DNA from: an uncultured delta proteobacterium
Lineage (GTDB): Bacteria; Desulfobacterota; RBG-13-43-22
Direction: 5' to 3'
DNA length: 32,000 bases
Assembly: GCA_963843145.1 (NCBI GenBank)
Contig: CAWJJC010000020.1
Location: forward strand, 449,171 to 481,170
A program made the translations under genes and the position numbers. How positions within the stretch are numbered: the stretch's first letter is position 1; each line of letters opens with the position of its first letter. Shown in pieces: positions 24,445-32,000 of this stretch. A model generated the notes under the pieces. It was given only the letters and a program-made list of their open reading frames with translations, was not told the DNA's origin and did not search any database.

Positions 24445-24491
24445 GTCTTGTCAAGACAATTGATTTTATGATACTATAAGAATTATTTATA
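24445..24491 (+). promoter_or_regulatory. Candidate sigma70 promoter and operator palindromes upstream of the LysR gene
   Basis: TTGTCA (24448-24453), an 18-nt spacer, then TACTAT (24472-24477). Palindrome GTCTTG-t-CAAGAC at 24445-24457. TATAA-N7-TTATA at 24475-24491 is a T-N11-A-type LysR box candidate. Pattern match only. Confidence 0.25.
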
Positions 24492-24507
24492 GCTAGGGCT
24501 CGCCCAT

Positions 24508-25413
24508 ATGAACCTTAACCAATTAAAATTATTTTATATTTCAGGAAAAAGCCAGAGCTTCTCCGCCGCCGCCGAAGAACTCTATCTGACCCAGCCGGCA
24601 GTGACCATGCAGGTCCGGCAACTGGAAAACTATTTTGGGGTACCCTTGTTTCATCGCCACGGAAAACGGATCGAGTTAACCGAGGCCGGCCGCCTCCTTT
24701 TCGGCTATGCCCGGAGAATCTTCGACCTGACGGCAACCGCCGAAAGGGCCGTCTGGGAGTTGCGGGACCTGGAAAAGGGGACCCTAAAAATCGGCACCAC
24801 CAAAACCTACGCCAAGCACCTCATGCCGGCCCTGATCTCCTCCTTTCGCGAACTGCACCCGGGCGTCCATGTCATCCTGGATGAGGGTAGCTCGGCGGAA
24901 ATTGCCCGCAGCCTGCTGGTCCACAAGAATGAGTTGGCCCTGATCGCCAAGGAATCCTATCCCCCGCCCTTAAAGGTGATTTCCTTTGCCCAGGAGGAAC
25001 TGGTCCTGATCCTGGGACGCTATCACCCTTTAAGCAAGAGTCGCAAGCTGACCTTCCGGGATCTGGCCCGGGAGCCGCTGATCATCCGGGAAAGGGGCTC
25101 CGGCACCCGGGATATTATCCTGGATCATTTCCGGAAAGCCGGAATCAAACCCTCCATATTAACCGAAGCGGGAAATGTGGACTTCATCAAGGAACTGGTG
25201 GAAACCGGCAAGGGGATCTCCTTCGTGGTCCGCTCGGCGGTGGAAGAAGAACTGAAACGGGGCGCCCTTAAAACCCGGGCCCTGGCCGAGGGGCCTTTTT
25301 ATTTAAATGTGGATATTGTTTACTTGAAAAACCGCAGCCTCTCCCCCACGGCTCAGGCTTTTCTGGACCTGCTTTTGAAAAAAATCGGGGTCAGCGATGA
25401 AGCCCTGGCTTGA
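24508..25413 (+). CDS. LysR family transcriptional regulator
   Basis: N-terminal HTH LNQLKLFYISGKSQSFSAAAEELYLTQPAVTMQVRQLENYFGVPLFHR followed by a LysR substrate-binding domain. It is divergent from the pps-like operon. Confidence 0.92.
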   Translation: MNLNQLKLFYISGKSQSFSAAAEELYLTQPAVTMQVRQLENYFGVPLFHRHGKRIELTEAGRLLFGYARRIFDLTATAERAVWELRDLEKGTLKIGTTKTYAKHLMPALISSFRELHPGVHVILDEGSSAEIARSLLVHKNELALIAKESYPPPLKVISFAQEELVLILGRYHPLSKSRKLTFRDLAREPLIIRERGSGTRDIILDHFRKAGIKPSILTEAGNVDFIKELVETGKGISFVVRSAVEEELKRGALKTRALAEGPFYLNVDIVYLKNRSLSPTAQAFLDLLLKKIGVSDEALA

Positions 25414-25451
25414 ATCGGGTGGGGACCTGCCGGCCTATACCGGTTATTCCA

Positions 25452-25487
25452 TTGACACCGATCTAATTTTAAAGTTAGAATCGGTAT
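25452..25487 (+). promoter_or_regulatory. Candidate sigma70 promoter for the usp gene with an overlapping imperfect palindrome
   Basis: TTGACA (25452-25457), a 17/18-nt spacer, then TTAGAAT (25475-25481). The imperfect palindrome CCGATCTAA-ttttaaag-TTAGAATCGG spans the spacer and the -10 box. AAGAGG lies 6 nt before ATG at 25528. Confidence 0.45.
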
Positions 25488-25527
25488 CGTCAATTCGGAG
25501 AGCTCCAAATCCAGTAAGAGGTGATTC

Positions 25528-25986
25528 ATGACCCACATAAAAAAAATAGCCTATAGTACGGATTTTTCCGAGAATGCCGATCAGGCCTTTGAATTGGCCT
25601 TCGATCTGGCGAAAAAGTACGGGGCCCGGCTGTTTTTGGTCCATGTGGTCCCGCCCCTGGTCTTTCCTTCTCCTACCATGGAGGAATTCATTTCCGAACA
25701 GGCCAATTACCAGTTCATCGAACAGGTGACCCAACGGTCCACCGAACAACTGGAAAGCCGTTATGTTGGGCGGATGGACGATTACCGCAATGTCGAGGTC
25801 CGGGTCCTCTCCGGCCACCCGGCCAGTGAAATCCTGAACTTCATCGACCAGGAACAAGTGGACCTGGTGGTCATGGGCACCCATGGCTTTACCGGGCTGG
25901 CCCATTTCTTCCTGGGCAGTACCGCCGAAAAAGTGGTCCGTCGGGCCGGCTGTTCGGTTCTGACGGTTCATTCGCCCAGAGCCTGA
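25528..25986 (+). CDS. Universal stress protein (UspA family)
   Basis: 152 aa with ...DLVVMGTHGFTGLAHFFLGSTAEKVVRRAGCSVLTV, the canonical Usp ATP-binding C-terminal motif. Confidence 0.9.
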   Translation: MTHIKKIAYSTDFSENADQAFELAFDLAKKYGARLFLVHVVPPLVFPSPTMEEFISEQANYQFIEQVTQRSTEQLESRYVGRMDDYRNVEVRVLSGHPASEILNFIDQEQVDLVVMGTHGFTGLAHFFLGSTAEKVVRRAGCSVLTVHSPRA

Positions 25987-26139
25987 TCGGCCTCCCGAGC
26001 CTGATAGGCCGGAAAAGTCCAACGCGCTTTTAATCGTCCACCGAACGGCGACCGAACCGAGTGGCGAATACCGTCCCCCTTTTCCGCTGGGTTCAACGCT
26101 GGTCAACGATCGGATGGCTGCCATGGAGAAAAGGCGAAA

Positions 26140-26697
26140 ATGGCCATTGAAAAAGAGGTAACCTGCCCCCACTGCTTGAAACCCTTCCAGGCTGTCCCGC
26201 GGATTTCATTGCTCGGCTTTCAAAAGTTCGCCTGTCCCCACTGTCGGAAACCCATCCTCTATCCGCTTTATTCCCGAACCTATTACTGGGTCATCTTTAC
26301 TCTGCTCGGCCTGGTGGTGCTCTTGTCCCTGGCCGGGCTGTCGGAAACCGATTGGGGGGAGCAACTGTTGGCGGGAACCCTCTGGCTTTTCCTTTATTTA
26401 TACAACCGCCGGTTTCTGCTGTTGATCCCCCTGGCCATCTGGGGAATTATCCGCCTGTTCGGGATACCCTATCCCCGGATGAAAGCGGTAGCCCGCCCCA
26501 TTCTTTATTATCTGGGGCTCATCGCCCTGGTGGGTCTCGCGCTGGTTGTCCTGGGCGCCGTGGCCATCCTGATTGTCAGCGGCATCATCATTCCTCCGCT
26601 GATCGGGGCGCTGTTCTTGAGCGCCGTTTTTTCTTATGGCCTTTGGAAAGACGCCTCCCTCAAGAAAAAATTGAAGGGGATAGGGAAACCATTTTAA
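26140..26697 (+). CDS. Zinc-ribbon membrane protein (hypothetical)
   Basis: N-terminal CPHC...(17 aa)...CPHC zinc ribbon followed by 4-5 hydrophobic helices. Confidence 0.6.
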   Translation: MAIEKEVTCPHCLKPFQAVPRISLLGFQKFACPHCRKPILYPLYSRTYYWVIFTLLGLVVLLSLAGLSETDWGEQLLAGTLWLFLYLYNRRFLLLIPLAIWGIIRLFGIPYPRMKAVARPILYYLGLIALVGLALVVLGAVAILIVSGIIIPPLIGALFLSAVFSYGLWKDASLKKKLKGIGKPF

Positions 26698-26719
26698 CTT
26701 CAATTTAAACGAGGCTTTT

Positions 26720-28669
26720 ATGGAAGAGCCAAAAAGAACGGGAAAAGTACAAAACTTTTTAAAGGCCGTTCCTCCCTTTCACCTGCTTCCCAACATGGCC
26801 TTGCAAGAACTGGCCCTGACCCTAACCATCGAACATTTTTCTGAGGGTGAAATCATTCTCCATCCCGATGGTCCGCCCACCCAATTCCTCTACCTGATCC
26901 GTACCGGAGGCGTAAAATTTTTGATCCCCGACAAGCAAAACGAAGGTGGAGAAAAAATTATCGATATCCGGGGCGAAAAGGAATTTTTCGGAATTTTTTC
27001 CCTCCTGTCCAACCGCCCCAGCCCTTTTAAAATCGTGGCTGAAACGGATTCGATCTGTTACCTGTTAAAAAAAGGGGTCTTTGCCCGGATTCTGGACCAG
27101 CACGTCGACGTGTTGCTTTATTTCACCATGGGGCCCAGCAAAGGGTTTAAAACGGGGGCCACCGCTAAAGTCGGCGCCGGTGCGGATCCGCCCGGAATGG
27201 AGGCGGACCACCTGCTTTTTTCCACCAAAGTTCGGGATATCATGCATCGCCAGGTGTTAACCTGTCTGCCCGCCGAGACCATCGTGGAGGCCGCCCGGCG
27301 GATGACCCAGCGGGGTGTGGGCTCTCTGATCGTGGTCGACCCCGAGCAGCAGCCTATCGGCATTGTCACTGATGGAGACCTGCGTAAAAAAGTGATCGCT
27401 TCCGGGCAGTTGGACAACCGGCCGGTGGAAGCCATCATGAGCGTTCCCCTAAAGTCAATTCCCCCGGAATCTTTTTACTTTGAAGCCGTCATCTCCATGA
27501 TCCGCCACCGGATCAAATACCTGCCGGTCATGGAAGAAGACGAACTGGTCGGCATTCTCTCCGAGCGAGACCTTATGATCTCCCAGGGGAACAACCCGGT
27601 GGCCGTCATCCGGCAGATTCATCAGGCCCCCGACCTGGACCAGTTGGTGGTCATCCATAAAGATATTACCCGGACCATGAAGGTCATGCTCGAGCGGGGA
27701 GGCCAAGCCAAGGAAATTTGTGAACTGATCACCCAGCTCAACGATCACCTGACCTATAAAATTATCCGTCTGGGCGAGGAAGCCCTAGTCCAACAAGGGC
27801 TGGGAAATCCGCCGGTTGAATATATCTGGATGGCCCTGGGCAGCGAAGGGCGTCAGGAACAGACCCTCTCCACCGATCAGGATAACGCCCTGGTCTTTGC
27901 CGACGTCGAGCAATCTCGGGAATCCGAAGTCCAAGCCTACTTTCTGGCCCTGGCCGAACAAGTGGTCTCCGGACTGGAGCGCTGCGGGTTTCCCCGCTGC
28001 ACCGGGGACATGATGGCCTCCAACCCGAAGTGGTGCCAGCCACTCCGGGTTTGGAAAGACTATTACCGGAAATGGATTACGACTCGGGATCTTTCCGCCC
28101 AGGACATCCTGATATCCTCCATTTTCTTCGATTTTCGGACCATCTTGGGGCCGGAGAATTTTCTGAAGGAACTGAGCCAGGTCATCAAAGAGGCGGTGGG
28201 CCAGAGCCGGACCTTCCTGCCCAATATGGCCTTGCGCTCTCTGGAAACCCGGCCCCCGTTGGGTTTTTTCAACCGGCTGATCGTGGAAAAATCCGGTGAA
28301 TATAAGAACATGCTCAATTTGAAACTGCACGGTTTTATCCCTCTGGTCGATGCCGTCCGCATTTTAGCCTTGGAGCAAGGCCTGACCAAAACCAACACCC
28401 TGGAACGCATCCAGGGTTTGACGGATAAAGGGGTTTTTCCCGGGGATGATGGAAGAGACCTCTACGAATCCTTCAACCTGCTGATGCTCCTGCGGTTTCG
28501 GCATCACCTCGATCAGATGAACCGCGGGCAAAAACTGGATAACTATATCAAACCCTCGGCCTTGACTCAGATCCAGCGTTCCATGCTTAAATCGGCTTTC
28601 AAGGCCATCGACCGTCTTCAGAACCAGATAGAAATCCGCTTCGGTCTTACTGCCTTGCGGCAGCGCTAA
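26720..28669 (+). CDS. cNMP-binding / CBS-pair / DUF294 putative nucleotidyltransferase signalling protein
   Basis: N-terminal cyclic-nucleotide-binding-like domain (FGIFSLLSNRPSPFKIVAETDS). CBS pair (VRDIMHRQVLTC...; YLPVMEEDELVGILSERDL). GlnD-type NTase core ALGSEGRQEQTLSTDQDNALVF plus a DUF294_C-like tail. Confidence 0.9.
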   Translation: MEEPKRTGKVQNFLKAVPPFHLLPNMALQELALTLTIEHFSEGEIILHPDGPPTQFLYLIRTGGVKFLIPDKQNEGGEKIIDIRGEKEFFGIFSLLSNRPSPFKIVAETDSICYLLKKGVFARILDQHVDVLLYFTMGPSKGFKTGATAKVGAGADPPGMEADHLLFSTKVRDIMHRQVLTCLPAETIVEAARRMTQRGVGSLIVVDPEQQPIGIVTDGDLRKKVIASGQLDNRPVEAIMSVPLKSIPPESFYFEAVISMIRHRIKYLPVMEEDELVGILSERDLMISQGNNPVAVIRQIHQAPDLDQLVVIHKDITRTMKVMLERGGQAKEICELITQLNDHLTYKIIRLGEEALVQQGLGNPPVEYIWMALGSEGRQEQTLSTDQDNALVFADVEQSRESEVQAYFLALAEQVVSGLERCGFPRCTGDMMASNPKWCQPLRVWKDYYRKWITTRDLSAQDILISSIFFDFRTILGPENFLKELSQVIKEAVGQSRTFLPNMALRSLETRPPLGFFNRLIVEKSGEYKNMLNLKLHGFIPLVDAVRILALEQGLTKTNTLERIQGLTDKGVFPGDDGRDLYESFNLLMLLRFRHHLDQMNRGQKLDNYIKPSALTQIQRSMLKSAFKAIDRLQNQIEIRFGLTALRQR

Positions 28670-28705
28670 AGGCCTCCTGGTGAAGCGAGCGGTGCGGGAA
28701 CCGGC

Positions 28706-30577
28706 ATGAGCAGATCCAATTGGCCCGACGATTATCTGAGAAAACGGGTTTCGGCCCAGGAGGCGATCCGGAAGATTCAATCCGGGCAAAGGATCTTTAT
28801 CGGCTCCTCCTGCGGAGAACCCCAATGTCTGGCCCGGGAACTGGTGAACCAGGCCCATTCTTTTGCCGATCTGGAAGTTGTCCGCCTGCTGAGTCTGGAA
28901 AGTTCCCCCCTGACCCAAATTGCCGCCAAAAGCGGAGGTAATTGCATTACCATTCGTTCTTTTTACCTGGGGTCGATCAAACCCCGGAGCCTGGAACGGA
29001 ACAAGCGTTTTATGACCCCGATCAACCTTTCCGCCGTGCCCCGCTTGCTGAAAAGCCGCCAAATTCCCGTGCATGTGGCCCTGATTCAGGTGTCTCCCCC
29101 CGATGATTTCGGCTGGATGAGCCTGGGCGTTTCGGTGGATATCACCCTGGCCGGCGCCCAATCGGCCGACCTGGTGATTGCCCAGGTGAACAGCCGCATG
29201 CCGCGGGTTCTGGGACGCAGTTTCCTGCATGTCGATGATGTGCACCTGATCGTGGAATGCGAAGAAGACCTGCTGACCATCACCGATCCGCCCGAATCGC
29301 CGGCGACCCGAAGGATTGCCGAGCATGTGGCCAAGTTGATCGACGATGGCTCAACCATTCAAATCAGTCTCGGGGCGGCCCCCCGAGCCACCCTGCTGGG
29401 ATTAGGCGATCGCAAGGACCTGGGCATCCACACCCGTTACCTGACCGACGCCATCATGGATCTGGTGGCCCGCGGGGTCATCACCAACCGAAAGAAGGGG
29501 TTCCACGAGGGCAAACTGGTGGCCAGCGCCGCCATCGGATCCATGGACCTTTATGCCATTATCAACGACAACCCGGGTATTGAGTTTTTCCCCTCCGATT
29601 ATGTGAATAACCCGGCGATCATAGCCCGGAATAACAAAATGGTGGCCTTGAATGTGGCCATGGCCATGGATCTCACCGGACAAGTGGCCGCCGATGCCCT
29701 ACCCTATAATAATTTTTCCGGGGTATCCGGGATGATGGATTTTATTCGGGGGGCCGCGGACGCCCCGGAAGGGAAATCCATCCTCATGCTTCCCTCCACC
29801 ACCCTGGATGGGAAAAGCAGCCGCATCGTCCCCTCCCTGGAAAACATCGCCGTGGTGGTCCCCCGGGGGGATGTGCATTTCGTCGTTACCGAGTACGGCA
29901 TCGTCAACCTCTTCGGCAAGAGCCTTCAGGAACGGGCCATGGCCCTGATCAGCATCGCCCATCCCGATTTCCGGGAAGATCTCTTTTACCAGGCCAAAAA
30001 AATCGGCCTGCTGGGTCCGGAACGGACCCTCAGCGAATCCATTTTCGGCATTTACCCCTTGAAGGTAGAAGAAACCCGGACCATCGACGGCAGGAAGGTC
30101 TTTTTCCGGCCATCCAAGCCCACGGATGAGCGGCTCATCCAGGAGCATTTCTACGACATGGACAAGGATGATGTGATTTCCCGCTTCATGCATGAAAAAT
30201 TACTCTTCTCCCGTCAGGACCTGGCGGATATGTACCAGGTTGATTACATCAAGAACATGACCGTCGTGGCCGTGGTCGGAGAGGTGGGATTTGAGCGTAT
30301 CGTGGCCGTAGGGGCTTATTTTTTCGAACCGGCCCGAAACACCGCGGAGGTAGCCTTCTCGGTGCTCAAGGACTGGCAGGGGAAGGGCTTGAGCTCCATT
30401 ATCATCAAAAAGCTGGCCGACGCGGCCCGGGAAAAAGGGATTTCCGGACTGACGGCCTACACCGCACCCCAAAACCAGCGGATGATCCAGTTGTTCAAGT
30501 CCTTGCCCTATAAGGTCCATACTTCTCTTGAAGAAGATATGCTGTTTTTGAACTGCCGTTTTGACGAGCCGCTTTAA
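28706..30577 (+). CDS. Acetyl-CoA hydrolase/transferase-family domain fused to a C-terminal Pat-type GNAT acyltransferase domain
   Basis: N-terminal ~430 aa: SGVSGMMDFIRGA and VVTEYGIVNLFGKSLQERA are CoA-transferase/hydrolase signatures. C-terminal ~190 aa: FRPSKPTDERLIQEHFY...VDYIKNMTVVAVV...AEVAFSVLKDWQGKGLSSIIIKKLADAAREKGI resembles the GNAT domain of Pat/YfiQ protein acetyltransferases. Confidence 0.88.
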   Translation: MSRSNWPDDYLRKRVSAQEAIRKIQSGQRIFIGSSCGEPQCLARELVNQAHSFADLEVVRLLSLESSPLTQIAAKSGGNCITIRSFYLGSIKPRSLERNKRFMTPINLSAVPRLLKSRQIPVHVALIQVSPPDDFGWMSLGVSVDITLAGAQSADLVIAQVNSRMPRVLGRSFLHVDDVHLIVECEEDLLTITDPPESPATRRIAEHVAKLIDDGSTIQISLGAAPRATLLGLGDRKDLGIHTRYLTDAIMDLVARGVITNRKKGFHEGKLVASAAIGSMDLYAIINDNPGIEFFPSDYVNNPAIIARNNKMVALNVAMAMDLTGQVAADALPYNNFSGVSGMMDFIRGAADAPEGKSILMLPSTTLDGKSSRIVPSLENIAVVVPRGDVHFVVTEYGIVNLFGKSLQERAMALISIAHPDFREDLFYQAKKIGLLGPERTLSESIFGIYPLKVEETRTIDGRKVFFRPSKPTDERLIQEHFYDMDKDDVISRFMHEKLLFSRQDLADMYQVDYIKNMTVVAVVGEVGFERIVAVGAYFFEPARNTAEVAFSVLKDWQGKGLSSIIIKKLADAAREKGISGLTAYTAPQNQRMIQLFKSLPYKVHTSLEEDMLFLNCRFDEPL

Positions 30578-30604
30578 GACCAAAAAGGGATTCGGGATTT
30601 TAAC

Positions 30605-30790
30605 ATGAAAAACAAGGAAGTCTGGCCGTTCGTTTTTTTGCTGGGACTGCTGTTCTTTAATTGGCCGCTGATGGACCTCTTTGGATCGATACTGCCTTAT
30701 TATCTCTATTCGGCCTGGTTTCTTTTCATTCTGGGAATCGGTTTCCTGGCCACCGTGAAAGGTCGGGTGGAAAAAAACGATCATGTTTAA
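30605..30790 (+). CDS. 61-aa two-helix membrane peptide, translationally overlapping the downstream symporter-domain gene
   Basis: Two hydrophobic helices. Its TAA (30788-30790) overlaps the downstream ATG (30783) in ATGTTTAA. Confidence 0.5.
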   Translation: MKNKEVWPFVFLLGLLFFNWPLMDLFGSILPYYLYSAWFLFILGIGFLATVKGRVEKNDHV

Positions 30791-32000
30791 AAACTGGCAG
30801 CTTTCCCTGATCAGCCTGGGGTATCTGAGCATCCTGTTCATGGTTGCCTACTATGCCGAATGGCGGGAAAAGAAGGGCCGGAGCATTGTCACCAACCCCT
30901 ATGTCTACTCCCTTTCACTGGCCGTTTATTGCACCTCCTGGACCTTTTACGGCAGCGTCGGAGAAGCGGCAACTTCGGGGTTGTCGTTTTTGCCCATCTA
31001 TTTAGGCCCCACCCTGATGGCCGCTCTCTGGGGGGTGCTGCTCTTGAAAATTATCGGGATCGCCCATAAAAATCGAATAACCACCATCTCCGATTTTTTA
31101 GGGTCCCGGTATGGAAACTCCCTTTTTCTCTCCGGTCTGGTCACCGTGGTGACGCTGGTCGGGATCACCCCCTACCTGGGCCTGCAGATGAAGGCCATCA
31201 TGAATACCTTTACGATTATGGCCGGTGAACCCCGGGGAAGCATGGCCGCCGGATGGGTGATCACCCTGATCCTGGGCAGCTTCGCCATTATCTTCGGCGC
31301 CCGCCGACTGGACTCCTCCGAACGTCACGGCGGCCTGGTTTTTGCCATTGCCTTTGAATCGCTGGTCAAATTGATCGCCTTCCTCCTGGTGGGCCTCTTC
31401 GTCACCTTTGGTCTGTTCAACGGGTTCGGCGACATCTTCAACCGGATTCAAAGCTCCAACTTCAGCTATCTGTTGATGATCGGCAGCGGCTCTTCGGTCA
31501 GCTTTCAGGAGTGGGCTACCCTGCTCTTTCTTTCCATGATGGCCATCCTCTTTCTTCCGCGGCAATTTCACATCACCGTGGTGGAGAATTCGGACCCTTC
31601 CCATATTTCCAAAGCCACCTGGCTGTTCCCCCTCTACCTCCTGCTGATCAACGTCTTCGTCATCCCCGTGGCCTTCGGCGGTCTCCTGCTGGGCGGCAAC
31701 CAACTGGAGGCCGACAGCTTCGTCCTGACCATCCCCCTGCGCCAGGGAAGGTCCTACCTGGCCCTTCTGGCCTTTATCGGCGGTTTTTCCGCGGCCACCG
31801 GCATGATCATCGTGGAATCGCTGGCCCTGAGCACCATGGTCATGAACAGCCTGGTCATGCCGGCCATTTTTCGGTACAACCATGTCCGGGGCTTTCCCAC
31901 CATTATCTTGAACATCAAACGGCTCATCATCATCGGGTGTGTATTTTTAGGGTATTTTTTTGCCGTCTTTATTGGGCGCTTTTACACCCTGGTGGAGATC
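30783..32000 (+). CDS. Sodium:solute symporter (SSF)-type membrane domain protein, 3' end outside window (possibly the N-terminus of a CbrA/CrbS-type sensor kinase)
   Basis: It is not in the supplied track because no stop is reached. I read 406 sense codons from ATG 30783 to the window end. The translation MFKNWQLSLISLGYLSILFMVAYYAEW...YSLSLAVYCTSWTFYGSVG...ISDFLGSRYG has multiple TM helices typical of SSF domains. No kinase part is visible here. Confidence 0.8.
   Translation, partial: MFKNWQLSLISLGYLSILFMVAYYAEWREKKGRSIVTNPYVYSLSLAVYCTSWTFYGSVGEAATSGLSFLPIYLGPTLMAALWGVLLLKIIGIAHKNRITTISDFLGSRYGNSLFLSGLVTVVTLVGITPYLGLQMKAIMNTFTIMAGEPRGSMAAGWVITLILGSFAIIFGARRLDSSERHGGLVFAIAFESLVKLIAFLLVGLFVTFGLFNGFGDIFNRIQSSNFSYLLMIGSGSSVSFQEWATLLFLSMMAILFLPRQFHITVVENSDPSHISKATWLFPLYLLLINVFVIPVAFGGLLLGGNQLEADSFVLTIPLRQGRSYLALLAFIGGFSAATGMIIVESLALSTMVMNSLVMPAIFRYNHVRGFPTIILNIKRLIIIGCVFLGYFFAVFIGRFYTLVEI

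Noticed and set aside
25444-26172. 242-aa ORF on the minus strand
   Set aside because: It is entirely antisense to the well-supported Usp gene and its promoter. The composition is Gly/Arg/Ser/Pro-rich with no recognisable motif. This is a typical shadow ORF of GC-rich coding DNA.
28364-29326. 320-aa ORF on the minus strand
   Set aside because: It is antisense to the 3' end of the DUF294 gene and the 5' part of the ACH-GNAT gene, both of which have clear family signatures. The sequence is Gly/Gln/His/Arg-rich with no motif.
31098-31883. 261-aa ORF on the minus strand
   Set aside because: It is antisense to the continuous SSF-domain reading frame, which has 406 sense codons and clear TM helices. 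The translation is Asp/Gly/His/Gln-rich low-complexity sequence.

Overview
No database search was run. All family calls rest on motifs I recognise in the supplied translations and on reading the DNA.

This is a moderately GC-rich bacterial chromosomal window with about 30 real protein-coding genes. I saw no rRNA, tRNA, CRISPR array, transposase or integrase. Gene content and the style of the extragenic hairpin repeats suggest an anaerobic Desulfobacterota-like (deltaproteobacterial) organism, but that is inference only.

Layout:
- 1-1949 (+): a LemA fragment followed by two TPM-domain genes.
- 2072-6300 (-): a glycoside-hydrolase-like gene and a 688-aa polytopic membrane (GT-C-like) gene.
- 6311-8298: small or degenerate genes. 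These are an M42 peptidase 3' remnant, an HxlR-like wHTH, a SEC-C protein, a secreted protein and an orphan NfeD.
- 8364-24246 (-): one uninterrupted minus-strand gene train that looks like an anaerobic phenol-type aromatic pathway. In transcription order it carries phenylphosphate-synthase-like alpha and beta subunits, a UbiD-family (de)carboxylase, an aryl-CoA ligase, Tm-1-like UPF0261, an LpdD-like prFMN chaperone, UbiX, a second UPF0261, an HD hydrolase, a ThiS-like protein, a 117-aa unknown and a three-subunit xanthine-dehydrogenase-family enzyme.
- 24508-25413 (+): a divergent LysR regulator.
- 25528-32000 (+): Usp, a zinc-ribbon membrane protein, a cNMP-CBS-DUF294 nucleotidyltransferase, an acetyl-CoA hydrolase/transferase fused to a Pat-type GNAT, a 61-aa membrane peptide, and a sodium:solute-symporter-domain protein that overlaps the peptide and runs off the window.

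Most interesting points:
- The UbiX / LpdD-like / 2x UPF0261 block sits inside the pathway where the canonical PpsC, second Ppc UbiD-type subunit, PpcC and PpcD would be expected.
- The CoA ligase and the molybdopterin subunit each carry a single extra nucleotide that splits the gene.
- The ppsB-like/ubiD-like spacer contains a strongly nested ~183-nt structured or MITE-like element.
- The downstream module combines an acetyl-CoA hydrolase/transferase-GNAT fusion with a DUF294 protein.
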